Source: a candidate division WOR-3 bacterium
Lineage (GTDB): Bacteria > Hydrothermota > Tepidihabitantia > Tepidihabitantales > Tepidihabitantaceae
Direction: 5' to 3'
Assembly: GCA_965648935.1 (NCBI GenBank)
Contig: CBFGIY010000055.1
Coordinates: 1-16,820 of the forward strand
Length of the DNA stretch: 16,820 bases
Each line of letters starts with the position of its first letter. Position 1 is the stretch's first letter. Below are positions 1-7,631 of the stretch, piece after piece. The position numbers were made by a program, and so were the translations under genes. Below the pieces are notes generated by a model. That model was not told the DNA's origin. It ran no database searches and saw only the letters and a program-made list of their open reading frames with translations.

Positions 1-176
1 AGTCCGATGCCTTTCTTGCTGGCGGCCAGCACCTCTCGGCCGGTACTCGCCGCACAACTCTTCAACCAGACGCTTCATCGCCCGCCACCGATTCGGCGCT
101 ACTCCCACCGACCGCCGTACTCCTCTCAGTGGGTCACCATGTACCTGGGACAGAACTCTCCGGTTCGCCAAGCGGC

Positions 177-204
177 TTGACGCCGGGCCCGATTCAGCTA
201 TCTT
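177..204 (+). promoter_or_regulatory. Putative sigma70-type promoter of the etf-hdr operon (TTGACG-N16-TATCTT)
   Basis: TTGACG at 177-182 and TATCTT at 199-204, about 90 nt upstream of etfB. Same architecture as three other promoters in the window. Confidence 0.6.
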
Positions 205-296
205 TTGCGTCCGGTTTCGACACTGTATGATCAACATCCAGCCTGTCCCCGATTTCGGGTTCGCGTCCGGGCGGGGCAGCTTTCAAGGAGGCTGAC

Positions 297-1055
297 TTGG
301 AGTTTGCGGTCTGTTTGAAACGCGTGCCGGACACGTCCGAGGCGGACGTGAAGGTTGACGCGAGCGGCAAGGACATCGTCAAGGAACGACTGGCGTTCAC
401 TATCAACGAATCGGATAACTATGCCCTGGAGGAGGCGCTCCTCGCCCGGGAGAAACTCGGCGGCAACGTCACCCTCGTTTCGGTGGGACCCAGACAGGCA
501 GAAGAGGTGCTGAGGATGGGGTTGGCGAAAGGTGCGAATGCGGCAGTGCGGATCGACGATGCCGGGCTTGCCGGAGCCGATCCGGTCGGCGTGGCGCGCG
601 TCCTGGCCGAGTTCTTCAAGGACAAGAGCTTCGATCTGATCTTCACCGGTTGCATCGCTTCAGACGATGGCGCTTCGCAGGTCGGAGTCGCCTTGGCAGA
701 GCTGCTCGGATTGCCTCACGCGGCGTACGTCACCAAGGTCGAGTGTGGCGAAGGCAGAGTTACGGTCAAGCGTGAGTTGGAGGGCGGCCTGCTCGAGGTC
801 AAGCGCCTGGCATGTCCATGCGTTGTGACCATCCAGACCGGCGGCAACAGCCCGCGCTACGCTTCGATAATGGGCATCAAGCGGGCCGGGGCCAAACCGG
901 TCGAACAACTGGTACCGGGAGCTGTCGAGTCTCTGAGCAGGCTTGTCCGCGTGTTCGTGCCCGATGTTGCCGGCGCGGCCGAAATGATTGATGGAACTAT
1001 CGATGAGAAGGCCGCCAAGACTGCTCAGCTCATCAAAGAGAAAGGGGTGCTGTGA
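297..1055 (+). CDS. etfB: Electron transfer flavoprotein beta subunit
   Basis: N-terminal VCLKRVPD, INESDNYALEEA, 'FDLIFTGCIASDDGASQVG', 'KRELEGG', 'PRYASIMGIKRA' are ETF-beta motifs. TTG start with AAGGAGG RBS at 285-291. Confidence 0.95.
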   Translation: MEFAVCLKRVPDTSEADVKVDASGKDIVKERLAFTINESDNYALEEALLAREKLGGNVTLVSVGPRQAEEVLRMGLAKGANAAVRIDDAGLAGADPVGVARVLAEFFKDKSFDLIFTGCIASDDGASQVGVALAELLGLPHAAYVTKVECGEGRVTVKRELEGGLLEVKRLACPCVVTIQTGGNSPRYASIMGIKRAGAKPVEQLVPGAVESLSRLVRVFVPDVAGAAEMIDGTIDEKAAKTAQLIKEKGVL

Positions 1056-2020
1056 TGGCCGGCATTGCGGTACTCGTCGAACATCGTTCTGGAGTTGTGC
1101 GTGATTGTACCCTTGAGCTTCTGGCTGCGGCCCGGAGTCTTGCAGCTGCAACCGGTGGTGGCGTGGAGGCTGTGGTTCTGGCCGACGGATGCGCGTCTCT
1201 GTCTGAAGCGCTGGCAGGGCAGGCCGACCGACTGATCTGTGTCGAGAGCCCAACGTTCGCCGAGTTCAACTACGAGTGCTACCAGCGAGCGTTGCTCAAG
1301 TACCTGGCCGAACGGAGGCCGGCCGCGCTGCTCATGGCCCATTCCGCCTTCGGGGTTGATCTCGGACCGAGTCTAGCCGTAGCGGCAGGCTGTGCGATCG
1401 TCTCTGATGCAACCGCGCTCGAATTCAGCGATGGTGAGCTTAACGTTACGCGTGGAATGTACTCGGGCAAGCTGGCTGCGGAGTGGACCGTTTCGGGCGA
1501 AACCGCACTGATCATGGTGCGTCAGTCAAACTTCAAGGCCGGGCCGGCAACGCTTCCTTTGGAGCGTGTCGCCTGGGACCCGGGTGACTGCTCCGCGCAG
1601 AAGACCGAGTTCATCACGCTCGAAGAAGTGCCGACGCTCGGTGTGGACATCACCAAGGCGAGCGTGGTTGTCGCGGTTGGCCGCGGAATCAAGGAAGAGA
1701 AGAATCTGGCGCCAATCCGTGAGCTTGCTGACGCGCTCGGCGGGGTGCTCGCCGCGTCCCGGCCTGTGGTCGACGCCGGCTGGCTGCCCAAGGAGGTGCA
1801 GGTCGGTTCGTCGGGCAAGACTGTCAAACCCAAGCTTTATCTTGCGTTGGGCATCTCGGGCGCATTCCAGCACCTCGCCGGGATGAAGGGCGCGGAGACG
1901 GTTATCGCAGTTAACAAGGACCCCAACGCGCCGATCTTCGCCGCGGCCCATTACGGTATTGTTGACGACCTGCACAAGGTCGTGCCGGCACTCACCGCAA
2001 GGGTCAAGGAGCTGAAGTGA
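1055..2020 (+). CDS. etfA: Electron transfer flavoprotein alpha subunit
   Basis: C-terminal FAD-binding motifs 'VVVAVGRG', '[10 protein letters not shown]', '[29 protein letters not shown]', '[11 protein letters not shown]'. ATG at 1055 overlaps the etfB stop (TGATG); GTG at 1052 is an alternative start. Confidence 0.95.
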   Translation: MAGIAVLVEHRSGVVRDCTLELLAAARSLAAATGGGVEAVVLADGCASLSEALAGQADRLICVESPTFAEFNYECYQRALLKYLAERRPAALLMAHSAFGVDLGPSLAVAAGCAIVSDATALEFSDGELNVTRGMYSGKLAAEWTVSGETALIMVRQSNFKAGPATLPLERVAWDPGDCSAQKTEFITLEEVPTLGVDITKASVVVAVGRGIKEEKNLAPIRELADALGGVLAASRPVVDAGWLPKEVQVGSSGKTVKPKLYLALGISGAFQHLAGMKGAETVIAVNKDPNAPIFAAAHYGIVDDLHKVVPALTARVKELK

Positions 2021-2066
2021 CTGGCTGTTGCCGGTTGATGTGCGTGCTCAGGATGCAGGAGGCTTG

Positions 2067-4067
2067 ATGAACGGTAGACCTTCAGTTGCGATGCGTGGCC
2101 CTGAGGCGCGCGTGGGCGTGTATATCTGTCACTGCGGCGTCAATATTGCTCAGACCGTTGATGTTGAGGCGGTGGCTGAGTACGCCGCCGGGCTACCCGG
2201 CGTGGTGGTGGCGCGGAACTACCTGTACATGTGCTCGGACCCGGGGCAGGCGCTGATTAAGAAGGATATCAAGGAACACAGCCTGACACGGGTCGTGGTC
2301 GCGGCCTGCTCACCGCGAATGCACGAGCCGACTTTCCGAGGGGCGGTGTTCGGTGCCGGTATGAACCCGTACACGTTCGAGATGTGCAACATCCGGGAGC
2401 AGTGCTCATGGGTGCATCCGGACAAGGCTGAGGGCACGCAGAAGGCCAAAGACCTTGTACGGTCCGCCGTTGCTCGGGCCCGGCTGCTGGAGAACCTGAC
2501 CGAGCGCTACGCCGATGTGTCGAAGGCGGTTCTGGTTGTGGGGGGCGGGGTCGCCGGGATTCAGGCCGCACTGGACGTGGCCGAGGCCGGCTACAAAGTG
2601 TATCTCGTCGAGAAGCAGTCGTCCATCGGCGGTCACATGGCGATGCTGGACAAGACTTTCCCGACGCTGGACTGCTCGGCCTGCATCCTTACGCCGAAGA
2701 TGGTTGACGCATCGCGTCACCCCAACATCGAGCTCATCACTCTGGCCGAGGTAGAGGACGTCAAGGGTTTTGTCGGAAACTTCGAGGTGACCGTGCGTCA
2801 GGAGCCGCGCTATGTGAACCTCGCTGAATGCACTGCTTGCGGCGATTGCGCGAAGGTCTGTCCGCAGCGGTTGCCGGACGAGTTCAACCTGGGACTCTCG
2901 ACGCGCGGTGCCATCTACCAGTCGTTCCCGCAGGCGGTGCCGGCGGGTTATGTGCGCAATGAGGCGCAGTGTCTGGGGTCGCTGCCGCTGGCCTGCGGCA
3001 AGTGCATACAGGCCTGCGAGAAACACTGCATCGACTTTGACCAGGAAGTTGTGCGGCGCAAGCTCTCGGTCGGCGCCGTCATCATCGCCAGCGGGATGCA
3101 GGTGTTTGATGCGACTGCCCTGCCCGAGTTCGGCTACGGAAAGTACGATGACGTGTTGACATCGCTTGAGTTTGAGCGGCTCAGCTCGGCGGGTGGTCCC
3201 ACCGGCGGCAAGATCGTGCGCATCAGCGACTGCGAGGCTCCGAAGGACGTGGTCTTCATTCACTGCGTGGGGTCGCGCGACAAGGCGGTGGGTAACGAGT
3301 ACTGCTCGCGGGTCTGCTGCATGTTCATCATCAAGCAGGCGCATCTGCTGCACGACAAGAACCCGGGCTGTCGCATCACTTCGTACTACATGGACATCCG
3401 CGCTTTCGGCAAGGGGTTTGAGGAGTTCTACGATCGCGTGCGCGATGAGGGTGTGCTGTTTCGACGGGGCAAGCCATCCGAGGTATTCAGGAAGGGCGAG
3501 AAGCTCGTCGTGCGGGTGGATGACACGCTGCTGGGCAAGGTCATCGAGCACGAAACGGACATGGTCGTGCTTGGGGTCGGGTTGGTACCCGCGGACGGCG
3601 CGTCGGAACTCGCCCGGATGCTGAAGCTCTCGCGCTCGACGGACCGTTTCTTTCTGGAAGCGCATCCCAAGCTGCGGCCGGTTGACTCAACTATCGATGG
3701 GGTGTACCTGGCCGGCTGCTGCCAGGGTCCGAAGGACATCCCGGACACGGTTGCTCAGGCGAAAGGCGCGGCCTCGGCCGCGGTCGCCCTGTTGAACCGC
3801 GGCAAAGTGAGGATCGAGCCGGTGGTGGCGGAGATAGATGCCGACTTGTGCTCGTCGTGTCACATCTGCGAGGCGCTCTGTCCATATACCGCGTTGTCAT
3901 GGGATGAGGCAACCGGCGTGATGACCGTCAACGAGGTGCTGTGCAAGGGCTGTGGGGTCTGTCCGTCGGCATGCCCATCAGGGGCCATCACCATGCGGCA
4001 CTTCACGGATGAGCAGGTCGAGGTGCAGGTTGATGCGCTGGTCAGGGCTGAGGAGGCGGAGGTATAG
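2067..4067 (+). CDS. hdrA: Heterodisulfide reductase subunit A-like FAD/[4Fe-4S] protein
   Basis: 'VGVYICHCGVNI', 'YMCSDPGQ', 'VAACSPRMHEPTF', 'NIREQCSWVH', GGGVAG FAD motif, 'LDKTFPTLDCSACILTPKM', ferredoxin CxxCxxCxxxCP motifs, 'CVGSRD', 'YCSRVCC', 'AGCCQGPKDIPD'. ATG 2067 follows CAGGAGG (2056-2062), so it is preferred over the TTG at 2028. Confidence 0.93.
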   Translation: MNGRPSVAMRGPEARVGVYICHCGVNIAQTVDVEAVAEYAAGLPGVVVARNYLYMCSDPGQALIKKDIKEHSLTRVVVAACSPRMHEPTFRGAVFGAGMNPYTFEMCNIREQCSWVHPDKAEGTQKAKDLVRSAVARARLLENLTERYADVSKAVLVVGGGVAGIQAALDVAEAGYKVYLVEKQSSIGGHMAMLDKTFPTLDCSACILTPKMVDASRHPNIELITLAEVEDVKGFVGNFEVTVRQEPRYVNLAECTACGDCAKVCPQRLPDEFNLGLSTRGAIYQSFPQAVPAGYVRNEAQCLGSLPLACGKCIQACEKHCIDFDQEVVRRKLSVGAVIIASGMQVFDATALPEFGYGKYDDVLTSLEFERLSSAGGPTGGKIVRISDCEAPKDVVFIHCVGSRDKAVGNEYCSRVCCMFIIKQAHLLHDKNPGCRITSYYMDIRAFGKGFEEFYDRVRDEGVLFRRGKPSEVFRKGEKLVVRVDDTLLGKVIEHETDMVVLGVGLVPADGASELARMLKLSRSTDRFFLEAHPKLRPVDSTIDGVYLAGCCQGPKDIPDTVAQAKGAASAAVALLNRGKVRIEPVVAEIDADLCSSCHICEALCPYTALSWDEATGVMTVNEVLCKGCGVCPSACPSGAITMRHFTDEQVEVQVDALVRAEEAEV

Positions 4068-4514
4068 ATGCCGGGCTACGAACCGAAACTGCTGGGTTTT
4101 GCCTGTAACTGGTGTTGCTATGCCGGGGCCGACCTGGCCGGAACGTCGCGGCTGGCCTATCCTGCGAACGTGCGCATCATCCGGGTGATGTGCTCGGGCC
4201 GAATCGACCCGCAATTCATCATCCGTGCGTTCAGCGAGGGCGCGGACGGCGTGTTCGTCGGCGGATGCCACCCGGCCGACTGCCACTATGTTGCCGGCAA
4301 CTACAAGACTCAGAAGCGCGTAGCGCTGTTGCGCAGTCTGCTCGAGGGGTTGGGGATCGAGCCGGAACGGCTTGACCTGCAGTGGGTGTCGGCATCGGAG
4401 GGCCAGCGTTTCGCCGACGCAGTCGCTGCGTTCACCAACAGGCTGCGCGCGCTGGGGCCGCTGGACTACCGTCCGGTGGGGCGCGCGCCGGCCGGGCACG
4501 GCCAGAGCGCCTAA
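4068..4514 (+). CDS. mvhD: MvhD/FlpD-like [2Fe-2S] protein (methyl-viologen-reducing hydrogenase delta subunit)
   Basis: 'FACNWCCYAGADLAG', 'RIIRVMCSGRIDP', 'GADGVFVGGCHPADCHY', 'GIEPERLDLQWVSASEG'. Starts immediately after the hdrA stop (TAGATG). Confidence 0.93.
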   Translation: MPGYEPKLLGFACNWCCYAGADLAGTSRLAYPANVRIIRVMCSGRIDPQFIIRAFSEGADGVFVGGCHPADCHYVAGNYKTQKRVALLRSLLEGLGIEPERLDLQWVSASEGQRFADAVAAFTNRLRALGPLDYRPVGRAPAGHGQSA

Positions 4515-4538
4515 GCTACAGGAAGCCAATCTGCTAGC

Positions 4539-4566
4539 TTGACACTGGCCGGGGCAATTCTATAAT
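4539..4566 (+). promoter_or_regulatory. Consensus sigma70 promoter TTGACA-N16-TATAAT for the secreted-protein operon
   Basis: Perfect -35 (4539-4544) and -10 (4561-4566) hexamers in a GC-rich background, 25 nt after the mvhD stop. Confidence 0.85.
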
Positions 4567-4604
4567 CCTTGTAGAGCCTGGAACCGGCGGCAGGGCCCGG
4601 ACGG

Positions 4605-4616
4605 TGCTCTTTGACA
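4605..4616 (+). promoter_or_regulatory. boxA-like antitermination element (TGCTCTTTGACA)
   Basis: 11/12 match to the E. coli rrn boxA TGCTCTTTAACA, about 35 nt after the predicted transcription start. Confidence 0.45.
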
Positions 4617-4724
4617 GACTTCCGGCCTGGCCGTTTCCAAGTGCCCGACACTCAGGTGCGGGTTACCATCTGGGATAATTGGCCATTTCAGTCAAGCGCC
4701 GAACCATAACCAAGGAGGCGTTCG

Positions 4725-7619
4725 ATGTCACCACGTGTGCTCAGAGCCCCGGTGTTGCTGGCCGTCATGCTTGTGTTGGCGGTATCGGCTGCCAACGCCC
4801 AGATCGAAGTCTGGCGTTCCGGTTTCAACGGTCCGGTCAACGGTTGGGATTCCTACACTGCACTTGCGCTTTCGCCGGACAGCTCGGTGGTGGCGACCGG
4901 CTTCGTTGTTGGCACGGGCTCGGACCGCGACATCATCACCGCGAAGATGAGTCGGGCAACTGGCGAGACACTCTGGATTCGGACCTGGGGCGGCGGCAGC
5001 GGAATAAGGGACGAGGGCCTGGCCGTGGCCGTGGATGCAGACGGCAACGTCTTTGTGGCTGGTAAGACACGTTCGACTGCGACCGATACTGACTTCGTGA
5101 CGCTCAAGTACCTGCCCAACGGCACCCCGGCCTGGGCGCGGCGTTATCACCACGCTGGTGTCGATGTGCCGACAGGGCTTGTTCCCGACGGTCGGGGCGG
5201 CGTTTTCGTTACGGGCCGCTCCAACTCAACCACGGGCAATTCCAGCCAGGATTACCTGACTCTGCACTATGCCTCGGACAGCAGTCTGCGCTGGACAGCG
5301 CGTTACAACGGAACAGGCAACGCCGGCGATTTTGCCCGGGCGATCGCGCTGGACAACGCCGGCCGGCTGTATGTTACGGGTTACTCGTGGACCGGGGCGA
5401 CACCGCAGTACGACTACTGCACGGTGCGCTACGACACGACCAGCGGCGATACGGTGTGGGCGCGGCGCTACGACGGTACGGGGTCAGCGCCCAAGTCAGA
5501 CTATGCCTACGCGATGGCTGTTGACGACTCGGGCTACGTCTATGTCACGGGACGCGCTGGCGAGGTCGGCACCTGGTACGATGCGACCACGGTCAAGTAC
5601 GACCCTGACGGGGTTCAGGTATGGGTTAACCGGTTCGACACCGGCAGCCTTGGGACCCACGGCGGCGGCAGTATCGGCATTGACGCAAACTACAACGTCT
5701 ACGTAGGCGGACACTCTGAGACATGGGAGACTTCGTATGATGTGTTGCTGTTTCGCATCAACCAGTCGGACAACTCGGTGCCGTGGTACCGTACCTACAA
5801 CTTTGTCAACGACGATGATTCGCTTGCGGCGATGACCGTTGATGCCGCGGGCAACTGCTACCTGCTTGTCTCGATAACCACCTACGAGGGCGACTATGAT
5901 TGGGCGACAATCAAGTACTCGCCTGATGGCAGCCGAGTCTGGACCGCGCTGATGCAGACATACGATGAGGACGACGAGCCGTTCGCGGTCGCGGTCGACG
6001 AAGCAGGCGACGTGTACTGCGCCGGGTACAACTACCCGGTGACGAGCGAGAACTGCCTTGTGGTGAAGTACACCGAGGATGACGCCGGCGTCCTGCGCGT
6101 CGTTTTCCCGGCCGACACGTTCCGGACGCGCGCCTCGGTAACGCCCCGTGCCTGGGTGCGTAACTACTCGGGCGTGGCGCAGAGCTTTCCGGTGCGCCTG
6201 GAGATCGCCGGCGGCATCTACTTTGACTCGCGTGTGGTCAGCAACCTCGCACCCTATGACTCGACGTTAGTTGAGTTCCTGCCCTGGCCGGTGCGTGACG
6301 TTGGCACGTTCCCGGTCACGTGTTTCACCATGCTCGGCTCGGACAGAGAGCCGGGCAACGACACGGCCTACGGTACCGTTTCCGGGGTTGACGTCTGGGA
6401 ACAGCTGGAGAATCTGCCGGTCGGCGCCAAGAGCCGCGGTGTCAAGGATGGGGCGGCTCTTGCCTTTGCCGGTGACTCCTTTGTGTTCGCGCTGAAGGGC
6501 AACAGCACGGTCGAGTTTTACCGCTACAATGTTCGTGCCCGTGTGTGGGCCGATGTCGAGTCGATGCCGATCGGGGCGTCGCGGAAGCGGGTCAAGGCCG
6601 GCGGCTGTCTCGCTCCCGATGAGGCCGGCCGTGTCTACGCGCTCAAGGGCAACAATACTCTGGAGTTCTTCCGCTACACGGTGCGCGGCGACTCATGGCG
6701 CAGCCTGCCTGACTTTCCGATGCTGGGTACCTCGCGTCGTGTGAAGGGTGGAGCGGGGTTGGCGTACGTACCTGCGCTTGGCCGCCTCTACGCGAACAAG
6801 GGCAACAACACGCTCGACTTCGGATGGTACGATGTCGCAGCCAATGCCTGGCGCAGCGCCGCTCCGATACCGGCCGGGGACCGCAACAAGAAGGCCAAGG
6901 ACGGCACGGTGCTCGTCTCGGACGGAACGACGACGCTCTACCTGCTCAAGGGCGGCACCAACGAGTTCTACAGCTATGACATCGCAACCGATGCGTGGCG
7001 GGCGCGCAAGCCGATACCCAATTCCTACGTTTTTCCGAAGAAGCGCAAGATGAAGAAGGGCGGGGCGGGCGCGTTCGACCCGAACTTCAACCGGTTCTAT
7101 GCCATCAAGGGTGGCAAGACGTGCGAGTTCTGGTACTTCGACCCGGCGCAGGACTCCTGGGTCAGCGTCGAGGACAGCTTCCCGCGGCCGGCCGGGGTCA
7201 AGCCGCCTTACTACGGCGCCGCTTTCGGCTACGGCGCGGGCAAGCTCTACGCTCTGCGCGGCAACAAGACCCTGGATTTCCTGCGCTACCACGCCGACCT
7301 GCCGCTTCAGCCGGGCGGCGGGGTTCAGGCCGGGCCGGGCGCGCTCGCGCGGCTGGATTTCTCGGTCTGGCCCAACCCGGTCCTCGGCCGTGCCGCGGTG
7401 CGATTGGCCCTGTCCCGGCCGGGCCGGGTGCGGCTGGCGCTGTATGACGTGACCGGGCGCGAGGCAGCGGTGCTCTTCGACGGGTGGCTCCCGGCCGGCG
7501 AGCGGCAGGTGGCGGTCGACGCGCGCGGTCTGGCGGCCGGCGTGTACCTCGCGCGCCTGAGCGCGGGTGACGAGCGCCTCGGCCCGGAGGTGACAAAGAA
7601 GATACTGGTCGCCCGGTAG
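4725..7619 (+). CDS. Large secreted protein: signal peptide, SBBP-like beta-propeller, Ig/CARDB-like domain, Kelch-like propeller, T9SS-like C-terminal domain
   Basis: AAGGAGG RBS. Hydrophobic signal peptide ending SAANA|Q. Repeats of type 'AVAVDADGNVFVAG...DFVTLKY...W.RRY'. Kelch-like repeats 'YALKGNNTLEFFRY...W'. CTD 'SVWPNP...LYDVTGR...LAAGVYLARL...KKILVAR'. Confidence 0.88.
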   Translation: MSPRVLRAPVLLAVMLVLAVSAANAQIEVWRSGFNGPVNGWDSYTALALSPDSSVVATGFVVGTGSDRDIITAKMSRATGETLWIRTWGGGSGIRDEGLAVAVDADGNVFVAGKTRSTATDTDFVTLKYLPNGTPAWARRYHHAGVDVPTGLVPDGRGGVFVTGRSNSTTGNSSQDYLTLHYASDSSLRWTARYNGTGNAGDFARAIALDNAGRLYVTGYSWTGATPQYDYCTVRYDTTSGDTVWARRYDGTGSAPKSDYAYAMAVDDSGYVYVTGRAGEVGTWYDATTVKYDPDGVQVWVNRFDTGSLGTHGGGSIGIDANYNVYVGGHSETWETSYDVLLFRINQSDNSVPWYRTYNFVNDDDSLAAMTVDAAGNCYLLVSITTYEGDYDWATIKYSPDGSRVWTALMQTYDEDDEPFAVAVDEAGDVYCAGYNYPVTSENCLVVKYTEDDAGVLRVVFPADTFRTRASVTPRAWVRNYSGVAQSFPVRLEIAGGIYFDSRVVSNLAPYDSTLVEFLPWPVRDVGTFPVTCFTMLGSDREPGNDTAYGTVSGVDVWEQLENLPVGAKSRGVKDGAALAFAGDSFVFALKGNSTVEFYRYNVRARVWADVESMPIGASRKRVKAGGCLAPDEAGRVYALKGNNTLEFFRYTVRGDSWRSLPDFPMLGTSRRVKGGAGLAYVPALGRLYANKGNNTLDFGWYDVAANAWRSAAPIPAGDRNKKAKDGTVLVSDGTTTLYLLKGGTNEFYSYDIATDAWRARKPIPNSYVFPKKRKMKKGGAGAFDPNFNRFYAIKGGKTCEFWYFDPAQDSWVSVEDSFPRPAGVKPPYYGAAFGYGAGKLYALRGNKTLDFLRYHADLPLQPGGGVQAGPGALARLDFSVWPNPVLGRAAVRLALSRPGRVRLALYDVTGREAAVLFDGWLPAGERQVAVDARGLAAGVYLARLSAGDERLGPEVTKKILVAR

Positions 7620-7631
7620 CGGGGAGGCGAT

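Noticed and set aside
1..141. Possible start of a divergent minus-strand gene (e.g. ATG at 78, MKRLVEELCGEY...)
   Set aside because: Too short at the window edge, the frame is ambiguous and there is no recognisable motif.
241..284. Imperfect hairpin followed by TTTC just upstream of the etfB RBS, as an attenuator or riboswitch
   Set aside because: The stem relies on bulges and G-U pairs in GC-rich sequence, the U-tract is short, and I recognise no aptamer consensus.
2067..4514. Selenocysteine recoding in HdrA or MvhD
   Set aside because: Both frames are open with Cys codons at the relevant motifs (LDCSAC, CNWCCY, GCHPADCHY). No in-frame TGA.
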